This document shows, piece after piece, positions 9,089 to 17,803 of a stretch of DNA of 26,746 nt (position 1 is its first letter; every line of letters begins with the position of its first letter). The position numbers were made by a program, and so were the translations under genes. The stretch spans positions 1 through 26,746 of the forward strand of contig JAFGXZ010000279.1 in assembly GCA_016936335.1 (NCBI GenBank), given 5' to 3'. Under the pieces are notes generated by a model, which saw nothing but the letters and a program-made list of their open reading frames with translations, was not told the origin of the DNA and ran no database searches. Source of the stretch: Fidelibacterota bacterium (GTDB taxonomy: Bacteria > Fidelibacterota > UBA2242).

Positions 9089-9114
9089 AAGACTCCGCTT
9101 GAAAGCGGAGTCTT
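9089..9114 (-). terminator. Rho-independent terminator after the 75-aa protein gene
   Basis: Perfect 11-bp stem AAGACTCCGCT-TTCA-AGCGGAGTCTT followed by TCATTTTATT on the minus strand, about 33 nt after the stop at 9148. Confidence 0.85.
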
Positions 9115-9147
9115 GTCGATAATATTTTTGTTGCAGAAGAGCAGGAA

Positions 9148-9375
9148 TTATTTTCTTCCTCTTGCCATCTTTGCACGAGAAACATCACCATTCTTATCGA
9201 TGAAATACAGGTAACCGGCTTCTCTTTTTACGCCACATTTGTTAACGACTTCAGCGCCGCCGCCTTTTTCACCGCCACGAGCCATTTTTGAACGGGCGAC
9301 ATTACCGTTTTTGTCAAGATAATAGAGGTATCCTTTTTCCTTCTTAACGCCACATGTTGCTACTTTTTCTGCCAT
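9148..9375 (-). CDS. 75-aa basic protein made of two tandem ~33-aa repeats, function unknown
   Basis: The true start is probably ATG 9375 (strong SD AAGGAGG 8 nt upstream) rather than the ORF-track start at 9453, which sits in the -35 box. It has its own promoter and terminator. Confidence 0.9.
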   Translation of the reverse strand: MAEKVATCGVKKEKGYLYYLDKNGNVARSKMARGGEKGGGAEVVNKCGVKREAGYLYFIDKNGDVSRAKMARGRK

Positions 9376-9424
9376 AATAAATTCCTCCTTATTTGGTTGA
9401 TTACTTTTTTTACAAGTTGACCCT

Positions 9425-9453
9425 ATGTTACACGACTGAAAATTAAATGTCAA
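9425..9453 (-). promoter_or_regulatory. Near-consensus sigma70 promoter for the 75-aa protein
   Basis: Minus strand TTGACA (9453-9448), 17 nt, TAACAT (9430-9425). Confidence 0.75.
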
Positions 9454-9503
9454 GATATTTCCGTCGGTGATATGTCAAATTCTCCTTAAAAATGAAAATA
9501 TTT

Positions 9504-10100
9504 TTAGTCATTGATCATTTTTTCAATTTCCGAGGCCTTTGATCGGCGACCGGCCCGGATATATCGATTGATGGCTTCTTCAAACAATTCATTGGCCTTG
9601 TCAATGTTTCCCCGTGCTTTTTGCTCAATACCGGCCTCTTTTAGGTAAAGCGCGGATTCTTCCCATCGGCCCTCGTCTTTGAGAGTGTTTGCCAGCTGAA
9701 TATAATCTGGCTTGGCTTCACCGGCGGTATGCTGTTCGCCTTTCAGGGCAGCATTCAAAGTTGGGATTAGTTTTTCATAAATCGCAGACTTGGCATGAAT
9801 ATCATAAGCTCCGATCGACAAATATTTTTCCCGAATTTCGATCGTCAACTCTCCGGTGAGACCAATGACAGGAATATTGGGTTTGGTCTGCTTCATTAAT
9901 TTTAAGGTTTTATACCCGTCCATCCCCGGAAGATTATGGTCCAGAATCACGACATCGTAATCATTTTCTGTAAACAGAGCAACTGCTTTCTCGCCATCTT
10001 CGGCTTCAATAATCTCGTATTCCTCAGAACCCAGGTACTCGATCAAAGCATCCCGTAAAAGGGCCTTATCATCAACCAACAGAATTTTTTTAATAAGCAT
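9504..10100 (-). CDS. Response regulator: receiver domain plus a short TPR/SNAP-like helical C-terminus
   Basis: REC: LLVDD, VILDHNLPGMDG, GLTG, HAK. C-terminal helical repeats (LANTLKDEGRWEESALYLKEAG / QKARGNIDKANELFEEAINRY); no HTH recognisable. Confidence 0.85.
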   Translation of the reverse strand: MLIKKILLVDDKALLRDALIEYLGSEEYEIIEAEDGEKAVALFTENDYDVVILDHNLPGMDGYKTLKLMKQTKPNIPVIGLTGELTIEIREKYLSIGAYDIHAKSAIYEKLIPTLNAALKGEQHTAGEAKPDYIQLANTLKDEGRWEESALYLKEAGIEQKARGNIDKANELFEEAINRYIRAGRRSKASEIEKMIND

Positions 10101-10113
10101 TTTAAAATCCTTT

Positions 10114-11310
10114 CTATATCAACTTGAATTTTATTGTAAAAGTGGTTCCCTGCCCGGCAACACTTTTAACTGTTATTTCGCCCTCGTGATTTTCGACGGC
10201 TTTTTTACAGATCATCAAACCAAGCCCGGTGCCCTGTTTGCCGGCCCAATGTGTATAATCCGGGCGCCAGATTTTTTCAATTTTGTCTTCAGGGATACCG
10301 ACACCAGTGTCGGAGATCTCGACAATTGCATATCCATTCTCACGATAGACTTTCGCTGTCAGATTGCCTTTACCATCCATTGCCTTGAATGCATTTTCCA
10401 CGAGGTTGACAAACACTCTGATCAGATCCTCTTCGCTGGCGCTGATATTCAGCGCTTCACTGGAATATTCTTCAATCAGTTTGACATCGGGGTTTGCAAC
10501 CAGTTGCGAGTCTGTAAACAGGTGGATCGCTTCTTTGACAAGAGCGTTCAGATCGACAGTTTTTTTATGGCTTTTATCAATATCAATAGCCTGACCCAGA
10601 TGTTTCAGCTTTTCCCCCAACTCTTTGAAAAATCCCATCAAGGTAATGATTCCGTTTCCTTTTTCAATACCTTCTTCGGCAATTTTTAATACCCGGTCCC
10701 GGCACTCTTGCATAGTATCGGTACTGTTTTGATTCTGAATAGTATCAAAACAGTGTTCGACTTCATTCTTGAAACTTTCGATTTTACGCTGCAGGGTCTG
10801 AAGCCGCAACATTAGCGAAGCATAATAGCTGCCGGACATATCATGCCCGACGCTTTTCACAATTAAGCGGCTTTCTTCAATTGCCCGGCGGCGTTCTTTT
10901 GCCAGCTTTTCGTTTTCAATCCGCTCTTTTTGCCAGGCATATCCTTTTTCAATACGTTCCAGGAACAGATCCGGGTATTCCACCACGGCGTGTTTTTGGA
11001 TAAAATCCCGGGCGCCGAGGCGCAGGGAATCCACGGCGTTTTCGATTGTAATTTCGCCAGTCAGCACAATCACATAGTTCCGCTGAACCAGATGCTGTTT
11101 TTCAAGTTCTGCCAGAAAATCAAGTCCGGACATATTCGGCATTCGAATATCCAATAGAACGACTTTGAACTGTTTTTCCCGGAGAAATGCCAACCCGGCT
11201 TCAGGGTCGGTATTATAAATGATAGACCAGCCATTATCCTCCAGGGTTTCCTGGATGCTTTTACAAAAGGGTTCACTGTCATCGATCAAAAAAATATCTT
11301 TGTAAAACAT
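10114..11310 (-). CDS. Hybrid histidine kinase (N-terminal REC plus DHp plus HATPase_c), no sensor domain
   Basis: REC: FLIDD, LLDIRMPNMSG, VLTG, IQK. H-box VGHDMSG (His at 10843-10845); N-box VNLVENAFKAM; G1 SDTGVGI; G2 GTGLGL; HEGEI...GQGTTF. Confidence 0.92.
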   Translation of the reverse strand: MFYKDIFLIDDSEPFCKSIQETLEDNGWSIIYNTDPEAGLAFLREKQFKVVLLDIRMPNMSGLDFLAELEKQHLVQRNYVIVLTGEITIENAVDSLRLGARDFIQKHAVVEYPDLFLERIEKGYAWQKERIENEKLAKERRRAIEESRLIVKSVGHDMSGSYYASLMLRLQTLQRKIESFKNEVEHCFDTIQNQNSTDTMQECRDRVLKIAEEGIEKGNGIITLMGFFKELGEKLKHLGQAIDIDKSHKKTVDLNALVKEAIHLFTDSQLVANPDVKLIEEYSSEALNISASEEDLIRVFVNLVENAFKAMDGKGNLTAKVYRENGYAIVEISDTGVGIPEDKIEKIWRPDYTHWAGKQGTGLGLMICKKAVENHEGEITVKSVAGQGTTFTIKFKLI

Positions 11311-11313
11311 AAC

Positions 11314-13128
11314 TTAATTTCCTATTGGTATTTCCAGCGTCAAGCGCAAATTTGAAGCGTTTTCGTGAAGGGTTATCGTGCCGCCATAATCGTTACCAAC
11401 CAGTTCCCGGACTACTTCCAGGGAAAACTGGTAAGGGCTGTAACTTTTGCCGTCACCAAACAGCTCATTCATGGATTTTTTATGAATTTCAACACCCGCT
11501 ACATTATCGGAGCCGGCGATATTGGTAACAAGCATTTTTTTGTCATTTACCTGGGTTTCGATCCACAGTATTGAACCGTAATGTTCAAAACGCGAGATGA
11601 TTAATGAAATCAGCGTTACCAGAACTTCGGTTATTTCATTGGGGTCGACAACCAGCTGGGGAATGTTTGGCTCTTCACTTTTGTTACGCTGAATGACAAT
11701 TTTATAGGAAAGCAAATCATTCGTCAGGTATAAAAGTGCCTCGTCCAGTAGTTCCTGCCAGGTGCGTTTGACATGGATGAATCCGGCCTTAGTGGAAAAT
11801 TCCTGCAGTACCCTAACTTCATTGGCGACATTTTTCAGGTTGCTCAGAATCTGTTCAAATCTCTCAACGCTGGCATCAAGAGACTCGGTTTTACCCTTTT
11901 TAATTCTTTTCAGGTAATTGCCAATGCTCAGTTGGGCTTCCGTTAAAGGATTGACGACATCGTTGGGGATTCGCATGGCCAGGGTGCCCAGGGCGGTCAG
12001 GCGCTGGTTTTTCATTGTGGAAACCGCAGAATACTTCATTGTATCAAGGTATTGTACGTTTTCGATGGCAACGGAAATCATATCGACCATAATCTGAAGA
12101 TACTGCTCATCATCTTCGGTAAAAAACTTATCCCTTTCGGTACCCGGAAGCTTATTGTAAAGTTTAATAGCTCCCTGTGTTTCATTCTTGATGTTGATCG
12201 GCATTCCCAAAAAGGTCAGACGATCACCGAATTTTAAATGTTCTTTGATGGCTTTCCGGTATTTTCCTTTGTATTCCGGCAGGGTCAAGACATTCCGGGA
12301 GCGAATGGTACGGTTCTCTTTTACAATAGTTCCGGTCAGTCCTTCGCCGACCTTATGTTCGGCAACGTTTATCAAATCTTTGGGAATCCCATATCCCCCT
12401 TTAAGAACAAGTGTATCTTTATCGGTTTTTTTGCGAAGGTAAATTTCACAGGTTTCCGAACCGATAGTTTTGGCTGTGTTTTCCGCAACGAATTCCAACA
12501 GGTCGCTTAATTCGAAGAATGACAAGACCTGGGTGCCGACTTTCATTAACAGTTCGAGATATTCAGCTTTCCGGCGTTCCCGTCTTAAATATTCTGAATT
12601 ATCAATTGCCATCGCTACATAACGGGCTATCAGCGATAAGATTTCAAGATCGGAGCTTGTAAAATTTTTATCATCGGAAGCTGTCCGGATCAAACCGATA
12701 AAGCGCTCCTGGTAGCTGAGCAGCGGAACGGCCATGAAAGATTTGGCTTTTTGGTGGTCGGATTCAGTAAACTTGCCAATCCAACGCAGGTTCTCGCCCA
12801 GCTTGCTAAGATCGGCGTTGGATTTTTTGTTCAAATCGCGAATCAGAAGTGGTTTCTGGTTATCAAATACCCAACCGGTTAACCCTTCATTCCGCTTGTA
12901 GATAACTTCGCCATTCGTCGGGGTTGACAGTCCGCTGGTTTTGACCATGCGAACCACATCATCTTCTTCATCATACAGAAAGATAGAACAGCCTTTCCAT
13001 TTGAAAATCTGGGGAATTAAATCAGCACTTTTTTCGATGATACCATCCAGTGACCGTTCCCGAAAGATTGAAATTACTTTCAGAACCTGATCGATAGTCA
13101 AGGCGCTGATGTCTTTTTTTCCGCTCAT
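11314..13128 (-). CDS. Tandem GAF-GAF protein with a degenerate (pseudo) histidine kinase module
   Basis: Two GAF domains (CSIFLYD...EGLTGWV...FMAVPL; CEIYL...EGLTGTI...FLGMPI). The H-box reads LGTLAMRIPNDVVNPL, with His replaced by Asn. N-box and G2-box residues are absent; YGGTI is retained. Confidence 0.85.
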   Translation of the reverse strand: MSGKKDISALTIDQVLKVISIFRERSLDGIIEKSADLIPQIFKWKGCSIFLYDEEDDVVRMVKTSGLSTPTNGEVIYKRNEGLTGWVFDNQKPLLIRDLNKKSNADLSKLGENLRWIGKFTESDHQKAKSFMAVPLLSYQERFIGLIRTASDDKNFTSSDLEILSLIARYVAMAIDNSEYLRRERRKAEYLELLMKVGTQVLSFFELSDLLEFVAENTAKTIGSETCEIYLRKKTDKDTLVLKGGYGIPKDLINVAEHKVGEGLTGTIVKENRTIRSRNVLTLPEYKGKYRKAIKEHLKFGDRLTFLGMPINIKNETQGAIKLYNKLPGTERDKFFTEDDEQYLQIMVDMISVAIENVQYLDTMKYSAVSTMKNQRLTALGTLAMRIPNDVVNPLTEAQLSIGNYLKRIKKGKTESLDASVERFEQILSNLKNVANEVRVLQEFSTKAGFIHVKRTWQELLDEALLYLTNDLLSYKIVIQRNKSEEPNIPQLVVDPNEITEVLVTLISLIISRFEHYGSILWIETQVNDKKMLVTNIAGSDNVAGVEIHKKSMNELFGDGKSYSPYQFSLEVVRELVGNDYGGTITLHENASNLRLTLEIPIGN

Positions 13129-14102
13129 GACGATAATATCCGATAGATTTTCAATAGTTCGGAGTCCAGCGGTTTTTTCTTTTCCCAGGTTTCCAGCAAG
13201 GGTGTATAAGTGACATGATTATTGGACCAGCCCACCATAATATCGGTTTTTCTCTCTAAAAGTGCCTGGACGGCATGGTAACCCAGACGACTGGCCAGCA
13301 GTCGATCGGTGGCTGTCGGACTGCCACCCCGCTGGGTGTGGCCCAAAACGCAGACATGACAGTCGACATTAAAATTCTTTTTCAATTTGAAAGCGATTTC
13401 ATTAGCCGAGCCAAGTTTATGTCCCTCGGCAACAACCAACAGGCTGCTTGTTTTTCCGGCCTTTGACCAGGTCTTGATCATTTCGCCGAGGTGTTCGAGG
13501 CTCGTTTCGGATTCGGGAACCAGGATTTCCTCGGCTCCGCCGCAGATACCGACTTCAAGAGCAATAAAACCGGCACGCCGCCCCATGACTTCAACCAGGA
13601 AAATCCGGTCGTGGGACGCAGCGGTGTCCCGGATTTTGTCAATGGAATCCAGGGCTGTGTGAACGGCGGTGTCATAGCCGATAGTTAGATCTGTACCGAA
13701 AATATCATTGTCAATGGTGCCGGGAATACCGATCACGTTGAATTTATGTTCTTCATACAAGGCATGGGCGCCGTGAAAGCTTCCGTCTCCACCAATCACA
13801 ACCAGACCGTCGATGTCCCATTCTTTGAGAACATCGGCGCCACGTTTACGCCCGGCTTTATGCAGGAAAGCCTCACTGCGGGAAGTTTTTAAAAAAGTGC
13901 CACCTTTTTGAATAATATTGCTGACAGAACGACGGGACATAGGCATTACTTCCCCTTCGATCAGGCCTTCATAACCACCGTAGATGCCAAATACATTAAT
14001 GCCTTGATCAATTGCCGTACGGACCACAGCCCGGATAGCAGCGTTCATACCGGGAGCATCACCCCCGCTTGTCAATAATGCGAGTCGTTTTATTGTATAC
14101 AT
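13125..14102 (-). CDS. pfkA: ATP-dependent 6-phosphofructokinase
   Basis: LLTSGGDAPGMNAAIR, GGDGS, PGTIDND (Gly at both ATP-specificity positions), EVMGR, LGHTQRGG. The stop overlaps the next gene's ATG by 4 nt. Confidence 0.97.
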   Translation of the reverse strand: MYTIKRLALLTSGGDAPGMNAAIRAVVRTAIDQGINVFGIYGGYEGLIEGEVMPMSRRSVSNIIQKGGTFLKTSRSEAFLHKAGRKRGADVLKEWDIDGLVVIGGDGSFHGAHALYEEHKFNVIGIPGTIDNDIFGTDLTIGYDTAVHTALDSIDKIRDTAASHDRIFLVEVMGRRAGFIALEVGICGGAEEILVPESETSLEHLGEMIKTWSKAGKTSSLLVVAEGHKLGSANEIAFKLKKNFNVDCHVCVLGHTQRGGSPTATDRLLASRLGYHAVQALLERKTDIMVGWSNNHVTYTPLLETWEKKKPLDSELLKIYRILSS

Positions 14103-14137
14103 GGGAATATCCTGTTGGTTAATCTAAAAAGCGCCGT

Positions 14138-14167
14138 AATATACATCAAAACAGCCCAATATTTCAA
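14138..14167 (-). promoter_or_regulatory. Putative sigma70 promoter for the pfkA operon
   Basis: Minus strand TTGAAA (14167-14162), 18 nt, TATATT (14143-14138); SD-like CAGGA before the ATG. Confidence 0.5.
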
Positions 14168-14209
14168 TATTACTGATTTGAGAGAGAAATTATTATTCAA
14201 GGGAGATTA

Positions 14210-14238
14210 TTGATTAAGTGCTTCGGCATCATTAAATT
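14210..14238 (+). promoter_or_regulatory. Putative sigma70 promoter for eno-ftsB
   Basis: TTGATT (14210-14215), 17 nt, TAAATT (14233-14238); SD AAGGAG before ATG 14286. Confidence 0.5.
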
Positions 14239-14273
14239 CAACCGATACTTTTACAAAAATCATTTAATTATAA

Positions 14274-15565
<1,292 letters not shown>

Positions 15566-15566
<1 letters not shown>

Positions 15567-15910
15567 TGGTAAAAAACACACCCAGAGTCCGGTACAAACA
15601 TAAACCTGAAGCCGAAAATATCAGGCGCTTGTACTGGATTCTGGGCGTGTTATCTTTCGTAACGTTGTTCATTATCTTTTTTGTCATTGGAGACTATGGT
15701 TTGTATCAGATTTTTGTCCTTAAAAAACAAAAAAAACAGATAACCGACCATATTGCCGCACTAAAATTGGAACAAAACTCAATGCAGGCCGAGCGCAGCC
15801 GTTTGGAAACCGATATGGAATATATTGAAAGGTTGGCTCGCGAGCGTTACCGCATGGCTAAAAAGGGAGAAAAGGTTTTTCGTGTAATTGAAAAGCCTGC
15901 CCAAAAATAA
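15566..15910 (+). CDS. ftsB: Septum formation initiator FtsB/DivIC family protein
   Basis: One TM segment, a coiled coil and the signature YIERLARERYRM-KKGE; TAATG coupling to eno matches the widespread eno-ftsB order. Confidence 0.9.
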
Positions 15911-15986
15911 TATTGCTTTATCGAATATTCTTATTAATTTCTCCCAATAACGGTTATGCGTAGATTAAGATCATAGAGGACTGTTT

Positions 15987-16841
15987 ATGGATATCGCCAC
16001 ACTCTTCGGGCTAGCTACTGGAATTGCTTTAGTTGTTTATTCGATTACAGCCAAAGGGGGCTCAGCGGAATATTTCTGGAATCTGCCAGCCCTGTTGCTG
16101 GTCCTGGGGGGAACACTCGCAGCAACTTTTGTAAATTATCCGTTGAAAAATATACTAAGCGTTTTCAAAGTATTGAAAAATGCATTCCGCAGTACGCGCG
16201 GTGGTTACCAGAAAATAATCGATCAGTTTACGGACCTTTCGTCAAAAGCCCGAAAACAAAATCTCATGTCTCTCGAAGGTGAACTTAGTAAAATTGAAGA
16301 TCGTTTTATGCGTGCCGGTATTGAACTGGCCATCAGCGAAAAAGACCAGGACCGTCTGCGTAATTATCTGAATCTCGAATTGTCCAATATGGAAAAACGA
16401 CACACAATCGGACAGGAAATTTTTTTCTATATGGGCACCTATGCCCCGGCTTTCGGGATGGTTGGAACCATTGTTGGTCTGATCGTAATGATGAAAAATT
16501 TTACCGGTGGCGGTCTTGGAGCAGAAATAGGAGCCGCCGCCAGTTCTTTTGAATTTGATATTGCCACCAAGATGAAAGAGCTTCTCAGTGGTATGGGCCT
16601 GGCCTTGTTGACAACATTCTATGGGCTGGTACTGGCAAATTTACTTTTTATCCCTCTCGGAGGTAAGTTGAAACGGCGCTCGGATGAAGAAATCATGATG
16701 AAGGAATTCATGATTGAGGGAATTATATGTCTGCACAATCGCGATCACCCCATGATCGTTCGGGAAAAATTGAATACTTTTGTTCCCAGCAGTGAGCGAA
16801 AGGCCGAAGATATCAAAAAAGACAAACAAAAGAAAAAGTAG
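15987..16841 (+). CDS. motA: MotA/PomA-type stator A subunit (MotA/TolQ/ExbB family); no adjacent motB
   Basis: Four-TM layout; PALLLVLGGT, ARKQNLMSLE (rotor-contact Arg/Glu pattern), YAPAFGMVGTIVGL, ALLTTFYG, ANLLFIPLGGKL. Confidence 0.88.
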   Translation: MDIATLFGLATGIALVVYSITAKGGSAEYFWNLPALLLVLGGTLAATFVNYPLKNILSVFKVLKNAFRSTRGGYQKIIDQFTDLSSKARKQNLMSLEGELSKIEDRFMRAGIELAISEKDQDRLRNYLNLELSNMEKRHTIGQEIFFYMGTYAPAFGMVGTIVGLIVMMKNFTGGGLGAEIGAAASSFEFDIATKMKELLSGMGLALLTTFYGLVLANLLFIPLGGKLKRRSDEEIMMKEFMIEGIICLHNRDHPMIVREKLNTFVPSSERKAEDIKKDKQKKK

Positions 16842-17005
16842 TTTGGATTGACGCTATGTCGGATGATATTCAAAAATAAATACATCTGACAAGCCACGAC
16901 GATATAGAACATAGTTTATCAATTGCTGCTACCAGCAGTGCGGTTTTCTATTGGATTGAGTTTTTTAATGAGTGTAAATGACGGAACATTGATCGTGATC
17001 TGACA

Positions 17006-17803
17006 ATGTGTCGAAAGCTGATTATAGCACTAATTCTGTTGCCGACAGCCTGTCTGGCGGCCTTTGAGGTGCAATCGATTAATACTTCTTCAATTGCTCT
17101 GGGTTCTATTGCTTCGTTATATCCCGGTTCACAAAATCCCGCCTGTCTGTTTCAACAAAAATCTTTGGTGATGCGCGTTGATTATGCCCGATTGTACAGT
17201 CTGGCCGGTCTTGATTATTACCAGGCGGCACTGGGATGGAATTCAATAAAACGGAAAAGTGTTCGTCTTTCTTTACGAAATTTCGGGAACCCGGTTTACC
17301 AGGAAAAAACCGTTGGATTTAGCTACGGGCAAAGCCTGAAAAATATATTATCTCTTGGTATAACGGTGGACGTGTATAATATTGCTATTGCGGGATATCA
17401 AAGCTCGACAACAATTGGTCTGAGTCTTGGATCGGTATGGGATTTAAGCGAGCAAATGCAAATCGGATTATTGTTACAGAATATAAACAGTCCTTCCGTA
17501 TATAAATGTGCCGACCCTCTGCCGGAATGTTTTTCGCTGGGCGTCCGGTGTGCTCCTCTCTCAAAAATGGAATTTTGTGGTGAACTGTTTAAGGACACCG
17601 AATTCCCGTTTTCACTGCGAATGGGTACAAAAATTAAACCTTTTGACCTGATGGATTTAAAATTCGGTGTCCAGCTCAATCCGGACTGTTATTCCGGCGG
17701 TCTTTCACTGTACTGGAAAAAACTCTCCCTTGATTTTACATTTCAGCAACATCCAATACTACCTTATACCCTCTATTATGGGATTGGGTACGGTTTTAAA
17801 TGA
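17006..17803 (+). CDS. Secreted outer-membrane beta-barrel, PorV/FadL-like superfamily
   Basis: Signal peptide; N-terminal S-x-ALG...NPA-x-L motif reminiscent of PorV/FadL barrels; alternating amphipathic strands; aromatic C-terminus YYGIGYGFK. Confidence 0.6.
   Translation: MCRKLIIALILLPTACLAAFEVQSINTSSIALGSIASLYPGSQNPACLFQQKSLVMRVDYARLYSLAGLDYYQAALGWNSIKRKSVRLSLRNFGNPVYQEKTVGFSYGQSLKNILSLGITVDVYNIAIAGYQSSTTIGLSLGSVWDLSEQMQIGLLLQNINSPSVYKCADPLPECFSLGVRCAPLSKMEFCGELFKDTEFPFSLRMGTKIKPFDLMDLKFGVQLNPDCYSGGLSLYWKKLSLDFTFQQHPILPYTLYYGIGYGFK

Noticed and set aside
9376-9453. 26-aa N-terminal extension of the small repeat protein given by the ORF track
   Set aside because: It starts at a TTG inside the -35 box, upstream of the predicted transcription start; the strong SD points to ATG 9375.
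9443-9478. Tiny ORF TTG-TYHRRKYLDI after an AAGGAG, and a second TTGACA at 9473-9478
   Set aside because: The SD-to-start spacing is only 3 nt and the upstream TTGACA has no -10 at 16-18 nt; there is not enough support for a peptide or a second promoter.
15987-16841. motA as ZorA of a Zorya anti-phage system
   Set aside because: There is no long cytoplasmic tail, no zorB/C/D/E neighbours, and the context is housekeeping.
16856-16879. MSDDIQK mini-ORF after motA as a possible motB remnant
   Set aside because: The sequence beyond the stop shows no W-x-x-T-Y/F-x-D TM motif or other MotB similarity that I could see.
16924-16950. CTGCT-ACC-AGCAG hairpin as the motA terminator
   Set aside because: The stem is only 5 bp plus wobble pairs and is separated from a short T tract; too weak to call.
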